DNA of 63,746 bases, filler included, from Octopus bimaculoides (GCF_001194135.2; 6 parts of 6 records of this genome joined end to end with filler, not necessarily neighbours in it); one strand, 5' to 3'; positions 49,136 to 61,407 are shown, counted from the first letter of the whole stretch. The notes: generated by a model from the sequence alone, not told the origin. Program-made: numbers and translations.

Positions 49136-50840
49136 ATCGGTTACCACCAACCTGACTACTGTCGATTTCTTGGACGTAACCTTAGACCTAAATACGGACA
49201 GTATTACCCATTCAGAAAGCTTAACGAGGAAACAGTATACATCCACAAGAGCTGAACCCCACCTCCGCTATAATTAGAAACCTGGTTTCAGGCATTAGTA
49301 AACGACTATCTATTCTCTCGGCCACTAGAGAGATCTTTAACTGGGCCGTCGTCCCTTCCCCCACTACAACTATGCTTTGCCTAGGAACGGGTTTAATGAG
49401 AGGCTCACGCATGTGGACAACCCCCAAACACTCTCTCCGCATCCCAAAAGGATTAGGAGAACGAAAATTATATGGTATAACACCCTTTCAATCAAGACGT
49501 TGCCACCAACGTAGCTAGGGGCTCCCTGCTATTAATTAAAAAATACTTCCCCAGGGGCCTCAAATATTACCAACTCTTCAACACCCATAATGTCAAGGTG
49601 AGATACTCCTGTTTAGAAACATCGCATCTAAAATGCACCCGCACCATCCTCAACCCCAACCTGCAGCTTCCGAATCCCCACCGTGTGCCCACTAGAAGGA
49701 TTCTGCCTCTCAAGGGCCGTAGTATTCAGAGCTACCCTTACACCATCCGATAGCATTACTAGGCAGTATATGGGTATGACAGCTAATGACTTCAAGGGAA
49801 GATACCCCCAGTATATGCACTCATTCAAATCCAAGGGTTAAGGGAATTCTACTTCCCTGTCTTGTTTTCTGTTGAGACTCCGTGATCTCTTAGACGAAAT
49901 ACCAAGCAACAAGTGGACTGTTGTCGACAGAGCACCACCATATTCACCCGGCACCTCCAGCTTCCAGCTCTGCCACCGCGAAAAGCTGCACAGTATCCAT
50001 CAACAAGAAATACAATTTATCTTGCTGTCACCAGAGATATGCCCTTCTGGAAAATCTCAGGCCTCTGACTACCGACAAACCGGATATACCACCTTATTAC
50101 CAGCTGCTACGCTGCACCGCCTCCACCAAGGTAACCGTCACCAGCGAACCCCATAAGCAGAATCGCCAGTTACCAATCCCCAACGCTTACCAGTTCCCAA
50201 TACTTCCCAATTCCCAACACTTGTCATGCGCGTGTATACTCATGTATGCGTGTGCGCGAGTACGCTCATGCGCGCGCATGTGTGTCTGCGCGCACACTGG
50301 TACGCATGAGTACATGCATGCATGCGTATATACATATGTAAATATGAATGAATACGCATGTGTGTGTGCATGTGCGTGGATATGTGTATGTGCGCGCACG
50401 TGCATGTTCGTTCATATATTTGCGTGTGTGGGGGAGTACGCGTGCAGCCCATGTACAGATGTATACACTCGCATCAATACAGACATACACGCAATACCAT
50501 ATGAGCATGTCTACACGCCCATATATACTATATATTTGCACATACCACCCTTTCCAACTTCCCCGCTAACAACCTGACCAATTTCCTGATCACTACGCGG
50601 TCAATTTCTTGTCCACCACTCGGTCGATTTCCTGTTCACCATGCGGTATTTTCCACCTAACTGTTACCGATATACCAACATCAAACCACGACACCGCATG
50701 ACATTGCTTGACCAATCGCAGCCCATCTTATGGTAATAACAATCAACCTCTGTTATTCAAATTCAAAATGGCTGAAGACTAGCATTACGCTTGAAACTCA
50801 AGTATACCAACGAACTTGAATCAAACTTTTGTGATCCATA
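49136..50840 (+). mobile_element. Neptune-type PLE 3' part: RT C-terminus/thumb, Cys motif, GIY-YIG endonuclease, 3' UTR and terminal repeat (pseudogene)
   Basis: NLTTVDFLDVTLDLNT; IIRNLVSGISKRLS; IIWYNT..TNVARG..KYFP..FNTHNVKVRYSC; CPLEGFCLSRAVVFRA..YMGMTANDFKGRY; frameshifted. Confidence 0.9.
50755..50821 (+). ncRNA. second, more diverged hammerhead motif in the PLE terminal repeat
   Basis: ATTCAAATTC AAAA TGG CTGAAGA C TAGC ATTAC GCTT GAAAC TCAAGT ATA CCA A CGAACTTGAAT. Confidence 0.55.
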
Positions 50841-50849
50841 TTCACACAT

Positions 50850-51000
50850 ATGTATATACATACATATACACACGAACACAATGGGCTTTGATTTTCTGCC
50901 TATCAGTCTAACTCGGTCGGGGGATATTGTAGGCGATACTTGTGCCATGCGCCACGCAGTGGGACTGAACCCGGAACTGTGTGGTTCGGAAGCATTTTAC
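50850..51000 (-). mobile_element. SINE family A 5' fragment
   Basis: gtgccatgcgccacgcagtgggactgaacccggaac. Confidence 0.8.
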
Positions 51001-51814
51001 CCAGATAGTAGAAACGATTCTGCTGCCTTAACGCCAGTTCTAATATCAAAAACATATTCAACAAACAGCACAAAATGGAAGATGAAGACCATTGCAAGAA
51101 TGTCGTTCCAGCACTAGTCTTTGAACACTAAAGCTCGAATCGAATTGACGTCTTGTATATTCACAGTCCTCAGTGGCAATGAGTTGGTCATATGTATCCA
51201 GTTACAGATCGAAACACTAATCTTCTCAAGTAAATATATATATATATATATTGCAGCTATACCATAATAACGAAAACAACTCATTAACCAATCTTGCGAA
51301 TGGATGTCATTCACCTGAAATGACTTGCCGAAGCACCATTGTATAAGAAACATCTCACGTAAAACTGACCGCAGCGACCCCAAAACAATAATAGCTATAT
51401 ACAAAAGTGGTTAATAACTCCTCGAGCTATTTTGAAAATAAGTGTCATTCGTCTGCTTGTGTGCACCATTGCATAACAAAACCTAAACCTCATTCTGAGT
51501 CACATTTACAAACACACATCCACACACACGCGCATACATTCAAAGTTCTGCAATGCATCTAAGCAGTTACAACCAATATTTCTTTCCTGTCTCTTCCATG
51601 AATCTATTCAATTCAAAAATAGCTACAGTAATATGTAATATAGCTAATGTGTGAATTCAGTATAGAAGTAGGTTATGCTAGATTTGATCAGGAGAATGAA
51701 TTTATTGTGCTATGCATATTAAATTGCTGCAATTTTCATGCAGCGAGAATAAAGTGAGTTTCAAACATTTACTGCTGTTAGAAAGAGAACAGATTGAAAT
51801 TAGTATGTAATGTG

Positions 51815-52135
51815 TTCGCATGGCTCAGTGGTTAGAGTGTCAGGCTCACAATCATGAGGTAGTGATTTCGTTCTCGGACCGGGCTCTATGTTGTGTTCTT
51901 AAGCAAGACACTTTATTTCACGTTGCTCCAGGTCACTCAGCTGTAGAAATTAGTTGCGACGTCACTGGTGTATCGGCCTTTACCTTTCCCTTGGATAACA
52001 TTGGTAGCGTGGAAAGGGGAGGCTAGTATGCATGGGAGACTTCTTGTCTTCCATAAGCAACATTGCCTGGACTTGATCCTTGGAGGGGGACTTTCCAGGT
52101 GCATTCCTTGGTCATTCATGACCGAAGGAGGGTAT
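51815..52135 (+). mobile_element. tRNA-derived SINE related to family C with a different tail (family D)
   Basis: A-box tggctcagtgg; central tgtgttcttaagcaagacactttatttcacgttgctccag..cactcagctgtagaaat; distinct 3' half. Confidence 0.75.
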
Positions 52136-52689
52136 TTATCCTTTTTTTTTAAAATTAAAACACGTTCAGTGAAAATTAGTGATAATAATATCTTAGTTAT
52201 AAAGTGTATGTTATTTTTAGAATTTTGAAATCTGTTAATTGAAATTAAGTAAATTTTGAGAATTGTGGTCTATCAAATTAAACAGATTAATTAGTTGATA
52301 AATGAAGTTAACCTTAGTGAAGTCGTGATTTGTTCACTGCAGCGAGGGCAGCCTGTCTTTCAACTTTCTTCATTCTGAATTGCAAGCAGCTTGTAAAGGG
52401 AAGGTGAATGCGTAGCTTAGTGGTCAGGGTGTCACACGATCGAAAGATTGCAGTTTCGATTCTTGGACCGGGAAGTGTTCTTGCGTAAAACACTTCTTTT
52501 CCCGTACCATCACTTTTCTGTTACAGCTTCTAGTGTATGTTGTCCCAACTCTGTCGTATCTGTGGATGCGTTCTTTCTTGGATAAGTCAAAACTGGACAG
52601 GTAAGGGTAATTAGTTAATTGTTTCTTATCTTCGCATATTATGTACCTATGTTTCAATTAATTGTTATACTTCAGCATACGCTTTTGGT

Positions 52690-53730
52690 GAGGCCTTGTG
52701 CCTCAATCAAGAAACCTCTACTTTTGTTCCTACTCTCCTCCGCTATGGTTGGGATTTCTGTTCAGCTTTTCCCGGAACTGGATATTTAAGGGCTTTCCTT
52801 ATGGCATTCTGTGGTCCCAATTTTCTTTTATATATTACGATATCTGTTGTTGCTTCTCCATTTTCTTCATAGTTATTTGTGATTGTAGTAACTGTTTTGT
52901 ATTTGTTGGATTTCTTGACCAGAAACTGTCTTTTGCTTTGTTCATATTTAGTAGCTATTTGCTTTAATTTTTCATGATTCTGATCTACAGAGTTTTGTAG
53001 TTTTACTGTGGATATTTTGTGACAGCTATGTAGTTGTATTAGATTCCTACTGCATTGTATACGTTATAAATATAGTCTTTCAGTGCCAGATTTTGGATGG
53101 CGTATTCTAAATGCAGTCACTGCCTCTTTTCCTGTCTTGTTTAACGTCCAATAGCCAAAATTAAAACTGTAAATTATGAGACCACTACAGTTTTGTTGTC
53201 TCTTATCTTATTTGCATTTAGCTCTGTTTCAAGTATTAATGTAATGCGTCTATAATATTCTTTCCTAATCTTTCCCTTTCATTTGTGTATTTCGTATCCT
53301 GTCTAAATCATCGTATTTGTATGTCTGGATTTGATTTAGGTCTCTTATCATGGTGTCCTTATCTAGGATTATATTAGGAGTCTTTATGAATTTTCTTCTC
53401 TTCAAGGTTGCTTTGGCGAATTTTTCGAAGCCGAATACAATATCGATTTCTTCGGGAAATCAGTGTAGCGTCTGGCGTAATGTTTTAAGTTGTTTGTCGT
53501 TTACAGAATACAATTTGAGATCATCCATATACAAAAGATGGTTCATTGTTTTTCTATAGCAGTTGTATCCATATCCAATTCTCTTTAACTTGTCAGTCAA
53601 AGACATTGACACTAGACAAGAAAAAAACAGTGGAGAGAGGGAATTTCCTTGGAATATTCCTCCTCTAATGGGGGTGCGTTTAGTTTTTACAATTCTCTCT
53701 TGTCTGTAACTGCAAAGCAAATATTCATAA
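52690..53730 (-). mobile_element. decayed R4-like LINE RT fragment
   Basis: VKTKRTPIRGGIFQGNSLSPLF..HLLYMDDLKLY; downstream HPKSGTERLYL..RNLIQL and GFLIEAQ remnants. Confidence 0.88.
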
Positions 53731-53795
53731 ATACACAAGTACATATATCCACACACACACAAACACACACACATACACACACACATGTATATACT

Positions 53796-53887
<92 letters not shown>

Positions 53888-53921
53888 TGTGTATATATGT
53901 ATGTTTGTATTTATGTATGTC

Positions 53922-55370
53922 ATTGTTCAGTTTTATTTCAATATTTCTGACCAATAGACAAAGAGCCGGTTTCTAACCTAGATCCAAGGCTCCTTCATTG
54001 GAATTTAAACATCAACAACAAGGTATTTTTGCTTGTACGTATGTAATTGTGTAGATTTGTATCTTTTGTTTTATGTATGTATTCTCATGCATATAGTTGC
54101 ATATCTAGACATGCTCATGTATATTTAAATGATAAACCTCTGGAAAGTTTTACAGATTTTTACGGTTCCAGTGATGGATTGGATCTGTAATCTTCGAATT
54201 AGCTTTCTCCTTTCTGGTTTTGAGATGCCTAATTTCTCAAGATTGGCATTTAGATAGTGTGTTACATATCTCAGTGCCCCAATGATTACAGGTATAAACC
54301 TGAACTTGTAATCTGGATATAGTAACTGCAGATTTCTCAATAGTTCAGCGTAGATATTCTCTTTTTCACTGATCTTCAGCTTTATGTTAACGTCCGCTAG
54401 GCAGCTAATTTCTACAACTGTACACATTTTCTTTTTTCTATCCAAAATCATTATATCAGGTCTGTTGTGCTAACATTTTATTGAGGTTTTCACTGGGACA
54501 TTCCACCAGTACTGCTTTCTATTATGAGTGGCTATGGCTTCTATCATACTGTGGGTTCTTATTTATTTGTCCTCGGGGTTATCCTTCCGACGGATTTCAT
54601 TATAGATTGTCCGAGCAACAACATCATGTCTCATCGGTAGATAACACCGTGATGACATTTTCGGACAACTTCTTTTGATGTGGGTGATGGTGATATTTTC
54701 AGCGTTAACTCCATAAAGTCTGCATCGGTTGTCACATTTTACTGCTTTTCCTACGCATGTATGTATGTATGTATGTATGTATGTATGCATCGTACATATA
54801 CACACACTTGTATGTGTATGAATATAGACAGTGTCTGGGCTAAATTGGAAAATATTTTGTCTCTTCTTTTCAGGAACAATTTGATGTATTTGTGAACAGT
54901 CAACGGCTACAGTTGAGAAAAAGTTAGCGGACATGAAGGACTGGAAGCCTTCCAGTAACAAACCTCTCTAGCCAAAGATTAACCACAGTCTCCAGTAGCT
55001 TCACACAGCCATCTGAATTGAGCCTATGGCCCTGTTCAAAGATGTGGGAAGAATGCCGTCGTATAGACGCAGTTCAAACACCTGCTGTCTCTCTTCTTTC
55101 TGTCCACGGCATCGCAATCTCCTTTGCAGCTGTCCATGTCACGTCTTACAGCCTTTACAGTGTTCAGAGAGCATTGAGAAGCAGTCATGATGTCAATATT
55201 ATGACACCCGGGGCGAATCATTATGATACAGGTATCTATTTTCCAATATTCAGAGGGCTTCCATTCTTCCATGTCATCTAACTTTTTCTCCATTACACCG
55301 TTAATCGTCATGCTTTCCAACACCGTTTACAGTTCACCAATATCAAACTGTTCCTGAAAAAAGGAGGCAT
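53922..55370 (-). mobile_element. second R4-like LINE 3' part: CCHC knuckle, RLE endonuclease and 3' UTR, interrupted by microsatellite
   Basis: CRLYG..ITHIKRSCPKMSSRCYLPMRHDVVARTIY; HNRPDIMILDRKKKMCTVVEISC..FIPVIIGAL; ends aataaaactgaacaat like the 33865 copy. Confidence 0.85.
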
Positions 55371-55444
55371 AAAGTATCATTGACTTTGGCCTGAACCCTA
55401 CAGACACACACGCGCGCGCGCGCGCGCGCACATACACAAGTCAA

Positions 55445-56115
55445 ACTCTATTCTAACTAACAGAAACATTTAACGAACAATTCTCTATTTATATAAAAAA
55501 AAACAATTGGAAACGGTATTTGAATGACAGCTTTATATTCTGGATCAAAAACCAAGAAGACTTTTAAATAATTTACATACCTCAGTAAAATTCACGATGG
55601 AAAAACACACAAAGGACTTACTATTTTCAGACATACTTCTAATTAAAGAAGATAGCACCATAAAAACGGATCTCTTCCACAAACCTACAGACACACACCA
55701 ACATTTGAACTTTTATTCCTCTCATCCCTCACATACCAAAAGAAACATACGAATTTGCACTAGAGTAACAGATGTAGAATTAAGGGATAAAAGACTACAA
55801 GAATTAAAAATATTTCAAAAAGAATAACATTATCCCTACTAGATTAATTGAAACAGCAATCACCAAAGTAAAAACATCCCAACTACAGACCTCAGAGGAA
55901 AACAAATACGCAAAAATAGAAATGAACTCATAAGCATTCCTTTTGTCATCTCCCACAACCCAAGAAATCACGACATCATCAACACTGCAAAAAGGTACCT
56001 ACCAATTCTTCAACAATCATCAAGAATGAACGAATTAATTACAGATTCAAAAATAATTTATAGCAGACGCTAAATGTCCAACTTAAAAAAGTTCTTAACC
56101 CAAGCATATTTACAA
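55445..56115 (+). mobile_element. Poseidon-type Penelope-like element RT/thumb fragment
   Basis: NWKRYLNDSFIFW (YxDD site mutated), VKFTMEK..LLFSDILLIK..IKTDLFHKPTDTHQHLNFYSSHPSHTKRNI, IPFVISHNP..SNLKK. Confidence 0.85.
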
Positions 56116-56118
56116 CTC

Positions 56119-56502
56119 GTGGCACTCCGTCGGTTACGACGACGAGGGTTCCAGTTGATCCGATCGATCAACACAACAGCCTGCTCATGAAATTAATGTT
56201 CAAGTGGCTGAGCGCTCCACAGACATGTGTACCATTAACGTTGTTTTCGGGGAGATTCAGCGTGACACAGATTGTGACAAGGCTGACCCTTTGAAATACA
56301 GGTACAACAGAAACAGGAAGAAAGAGTGAGAGAAAGCTGTGGTGAAAGAATGCAGCAGAGTTCACCACCACGCCCTGCCGGAGCCTCGTGGAGCTTTAGG
56401 CGTTTTTGCTCAATAAACACTCACAACGCCCGGGCTGGGAATCGAAACCACGATCCTACGACCGTGAGTCCACTGCCTTAACCGCTGGGCCATTGCGCCT
56501 CC
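56119..56502 (-). mobile_element. SINE family C, young full-length copy
   Basis: Head ggaggcgcaatggcccagcggttaagg (A-box) and gtttcgattcc (B-box); tail ccctcgtcgtcgtaaccgacggagtgcc. Confidence 0.92.
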
Positions 56503-56653
56503 GCATTTACAACTAGCCAAACAACAAAGAGAGTTAAATATACTAGGTATTGAACTAGTANNNNNNNNNNNNNNNNNNNNNNNNNNNNNNNNNNNNNNNN
56601 NNNNNNNNNNNNNNNNNNNNNNNNNNNNNNNNNNNNNNNNTATATATATATGT

Positions 56654-56701
<48 letters not shown>

Positions 56702-57920
56702 ATGTATGTGTGTATTGGTGCATGCATACATGTGTGTGTGTGCGTGTGTGTATATATATGTATGTATAGGTATGTATACATTAAGTACTGGTGTACCCGT
56801 GCCGTCAGAAAATGATGCGGAAAATAAAATTAAAATGAAGACATTACAACCTTTATCTCAGTAATTGCTTCAGCACCACGTTTCTAGCGAAAACCCAATG
56901 AGTTCACCTTGTTTTGGGATGGTCCGTTTCAATATTAGTTAATTCTTCTATTCTTCTCCTCGATGGTCTCCCCTTCTTTCAATTTCTCTCCTTTGCGCTG
57001 CTTCCTCTTCTGTTTCATTTTATCACCGTTGCGATGTTATCATTCTTAGATACTCTCTCCTCACTGCTGCTTGCTCTTCTGTTATTTTTATAATTTTATT
57101 TTTGTCTGTATACCTTACCTTTGTTTGAGTATTTTTATTATCTTTATTTTTATTAATATTCATTATTCACTTTTACTTATTTTTATTTTTATATTTTATA
57201 TACTTTATTTTATCATTATTATATTGAAATAAAATTAACACACACACAAATAACTAAACATATTTTCATCTACTTAATCTGTAGGAGTATCTCAACCGAT
57301 CAACATGTAGTTTCCTTAATGTTCTTTCGCCTTCATGATATTTTGTTCTAAATCTCCAAAATGCAAACTTATTTTATTCTATGTTTGCAATTTGCATTGA
57401 GTGTAAATTGAAACAATTGCAGGCAATGTTAATAAATAAATAAATTTATTTATATCCATTAAATCTCACCAATTTCTTAATCATATATATAGATATGTAT
57501 ATACGTATATGTGTGTGTATATTTACACACATATGTGCATGTGTATGTGTACGTGTATATATGTGTGTGTGTATATATGTGTATGTGTGTATTTGTATGT
57601 ATATATATATATATATGTATGTATATATATATATATATATATATANNNNNNNNNNNNNNNNNNNNNNNNNNNNNNNNNNNNNNNNNNNNTTAATTAATTA
57701 ANNNNNNNNNNNNNNNNNNNNNNNNNNNNNNNNNNNNNNNNNNNNGTTTTGAGACCGCGACCTGTTCACTGTCAAAATTCTGTGCTGCATCTGAGAAAGT
57801 AACAGTTAGTTCATGATATATACGTGCGTGTGTATGCATGTATGTATGTATGTATGTGCGTGTACATGTGTGCGCGTATGCATCTGTGTATATGCGCATG
57901 CATGTGTGCATGCCTATACG

Positions 57921-58649
57921 CATGCTCCATTGGATGTGTAATGTCAGTGTGCATACCCGTCAGAGTGTAAGTATCTTGAGAGAAAAGCTGAACATAAGAA
58001 GCATCAGTTGTGGTGTGCAAGAGAGACGATTGTGTTGGTATGGACATGTGGTGAGAATGGATGAGGATAGCTGCGTGAAAAAGTGCCACACCCTAACAGT
58101 TGAGGGAACCCGTGGAAGAGGTAGGCCCAGGAAGACCTGGGCTGAGGTGGTGAGGCAAGACCTTCGAACATTGGGCCTCACCGAGGCGAGGACTACTGAC
58201 CGAGACCTTTGGAAATGTGTTGTGCGTGAGAAGACCCGGCAAGCCAAGTAAGATCGTTGCCAGTGCCCCTGGACTGGTTCTTGTGCGTGTGGCACATAAG
58301 ATGCACCATTTTGAGCATGGCCGTTGCCAGTACCGCCTGACTGGCCTTCATAGGATTTCCAAGCGAAATTGTTGCCAGTGCCTCTGGACTGGCTCTTGTG
58401 TGGGTGGCACATAAAAGACACCATTTTGAGTGTGGGTGTTGCCAGTACCGCCTGACTGGCCCTCATGCGGGTGACACGTAAAAGCACCCACTACACTCTG
58501 AGTGGTTGGCGTTAGGAAGGGCATCCAGCTGTAGAAACTCTGCCAAATTAGATTGGAGCCTGGTGTAGCCATCCGGTTTCACCAGTCCTCAGTCAAATCG
58601 TCCAACCCATGATAGCATGGAATGCGGACGTTAAACGATGATGATGATG
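57921..58649 (+). mobile_element. 5'-truncated RTE LINE: ORF C-terminus (stop 58249-58251), repetitive 3' UTR and (GAT)n tail
   Basis: MLHWMCNVSV..QERRLCWYGHVVRMDEDSCVKKCHTLTVEGTRGRGRPRKTWAEVVRQDL..DRDLWK, in an open frame. Confidence 0.93.
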
Positions 58650-58789
58650 GGCACATAAGTAGATAGATAGATAAGATAGATAGATAGACAGAAAGATATA
58701 CAGACTAATAGATAAATAAATAGATAAATAGACAGATGGAGAGATAGAGAGAGACAAATTGATAGACAGACAGATGGACTGTCAAACCG

Positions 58790-59765
58790 TCCACCTGACT
58801 TCAATGTGTCCCTGCCTATGGAAGCAAGATGTTCCGAGTATGGAAGATATCTGATAGTGGATATCCATTTGGTTGCAAGTTTCTGAACAGTTTCCAGAAG
58901 ATTGATTTGCTGAACAAGATAGGGGTTCCAGACAAGTGATGTTTAGAGAGTGGTATCGGCCCTGTGCAAGGCGTTTCCTTACTTTAAAAGGGTTCAGGGG
59001 TAGGCATCACTTGGTTTTTTTAACCTTACAGCAAGTACAAAAATCTCTGTTTATCAAGTTGTATGTGTATCCAACCTCTTGTACAAGTCTTGGACCCTTT
59101 ATTGACACCAAATCAAACGATGGGAAGCATTCCAGACCAGATTGCTGCAAAGGGTCTTCAGTCTCATGTGGAAGGACAAGGTACCTGATACCAAAATCCT
59201 CCTGGGGGATGGGATCTACAGTGTTGAGGCTTTCATCCTCCATTGTCTTCTCTGCTGGGTCGGACATATAATTCAAATGCCGTGTATCCAGCTCCCAAAG
59301 AGGGTCCTTTTTGATGAGATCATGAGCTAAGCCTCATGGACGTCCAAAACTTTGTTTTTCTTTTGATCACCTCAACCAGTTTCTCATTTTATGCGGTGTC
59401 CCTACCAAATAGTTGGAGGCCCAGAGCTGTTAATTGGAAGGCATGGAGGTTCATGGATGATGCTGAAATAGAACACTTTGAAACTGAACACAGGAAACTA
59501 CATGACGAGAGGAGGGGACATCCTCATCGTCAACCCCACCGTGGCTGTTATTCAGGCCCACTTTCAGTTCCCTCAGCACTACAAGATCTGCATATCTGGT
59601 ATCAGTCTTAGCAACCATGTCTGCTCCCATGAGAGACAATGTGCTGGAAGTGGAAGAAGAAGAATGTCCTGAATCCTTGCTGTCATCACCTTTGATGTGC
59701 TGTCATCACCTTTGATGTGCTGTCATCACCTTTGATGTGCTGTCATCACCTTTGATGTGCTGTCA
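58790..59765 (+). mobile_element. decayed RTE (BovB-like) LINE 3' part with a C-terminal zinc-finger remnant and 20-bp tandem tail
   Basis: KISVYQVVCVSNLLY..SWTLY*HQIKRWEAF..WKDKVPDT..LCWVGHIIQMP..LPKRVLF; KICISGISLSNHVCSH; (GCTGTCATCACCTTTGATGT)x4. Confidence 0.82.
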
Positions 59766-60035
59766 CAAATAGTAACCAAGGCAAACATTGTGTGATGTAT
59801 GAGGCAGCTGGCTGTAGCCAAGAAAGGCAAAAACATTCAATGAAAGATTCCATGATGGAATGAATGCATGTGTCAAACGTGGGTGGTAGATTCTCTGAAC
59901 ACCTGTTGTAGGAGGTGCCCATCATTTCCATATCTGAGCCCAAAAATGTAGGCTTCTTTCAAAAGTGAGAAGCCAACATCCGTTCTGCCCATAATAGACA
60001 AGTGATGGCATTGCTCAAAATAAAATTGCAGCCAT

Positions 60036-60067
<32 letters not shown>

Positions 60068-60851
60068 GGCCTATTCCTCATTGTTTTTAGAAGGGTCAAG
60101 GCATAGAACACAACCCCCAATATCAGTAGTGGGACCCAACAGCCTATGCTGGTTTACCCCTGCTACATCATGCTGGTTCCACACCCCTCTGAGCAGCATG
60201 TATGCATATACACACGTATATACACACATATATACGCATGTATGTACGTATATATGTATGTACGTATGTTTAGATACATGTATATATGTGTCTATACATG
60301 TGTTTATACATTCAGAAACTAAAGAATTTTTCCAAACTGGATTTGTTTCCTTTCTTATTACAGAAATAACAAAATATCCTTCCAAAAATTGTGCAAAATA
60401 AAAATACCAAATTCAAAACTACATTTCAAAAATTGCTTTCTGAGAATAAATGAATAAAAATATACCAGTATAGACATTCATATATATTATATACACATGC
60501 ATATGTACACATATATACATATATGTACCTGTATATGCATGTATGTATATTATATACATACACATATATATATACGCACACATATGTATTGTACCTGTAT
60601 ATATACATATCTATTATATACATACATATATCCATCCATACATACGTATATATGTGTGTGTGTGTGTGCATTTATATCTATATATATTTATGTATATAAA
60701 TAACTATATATGCATAGTACATATCTAACTCTATCTGTTTATCTATCTATCTAACCATCCATCTATCTATTTATCTATTTATCTATCTATCTATATGTGG
60801 TGTGTGTATATGTGTGTGCGTGTGCATATATATAATAGCAAACGCACCCGT

Positions 60852-60899
<48 letters not shown>

Positions 60900-61407
60900 N
60901 NNNNNNNNNNNNNNNNNNNNNNNNNNNNNNNNNNNNNNNNNNNNNNNNNNNNNNNNNNNNNNNNNNNNNNNNNNNNNNNNNNNNNNNNNNNNNNNNNNNN
61001 NNNNNNNNNNNNNNNNNNNNNNNNNNNNNNNNNNNNNNNNNNNNNNNNNNNNNNNNNNNNNNNNNNNNNNNNNNNNNNNNNNNNNNNNNNNNNNNNNNNN
61101 NNNNNNNNNNNNNNNNNNNNNNNNNNNNNNNNNNNNNNNNNNNNNNNNNNNNNNNNNNNNNNNNNNNNNNNNNNNNNNNNNNNNNNNNNNNNNNNNNNNN
61201 NNNNNNNNNNNNNNNNNNNNNNNNNNNNNNNNNNNNNNNNNNNNNNNNNNNNNNNNNNNNNNNNNNNNNNNNNNNNNNNNNNNNNNNNNNNNNNNNNNNN
61301 NNNNNNNNNNNNNNNNNNNNNNNNNNNNNNNNNNNNNNNNNNNNNNNNNNNNNNNNNNNNNNNNNNNNNNNNNNNNNNNNNNNNNNNNNNNNNNNNNNNN
61401 NNNNNNN

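Noticed and set aside
19190-56502. tRNA-like A-box/B-box heads as tRNA genes
   Set aside because: No acceptor stem closes and each head continues into a SINE body.
59678-59765. Regular short repeats as a CRISPR-like array
   Set aside because: No spacers, eukaryotic context; it is a LINE tail tandem repeat.
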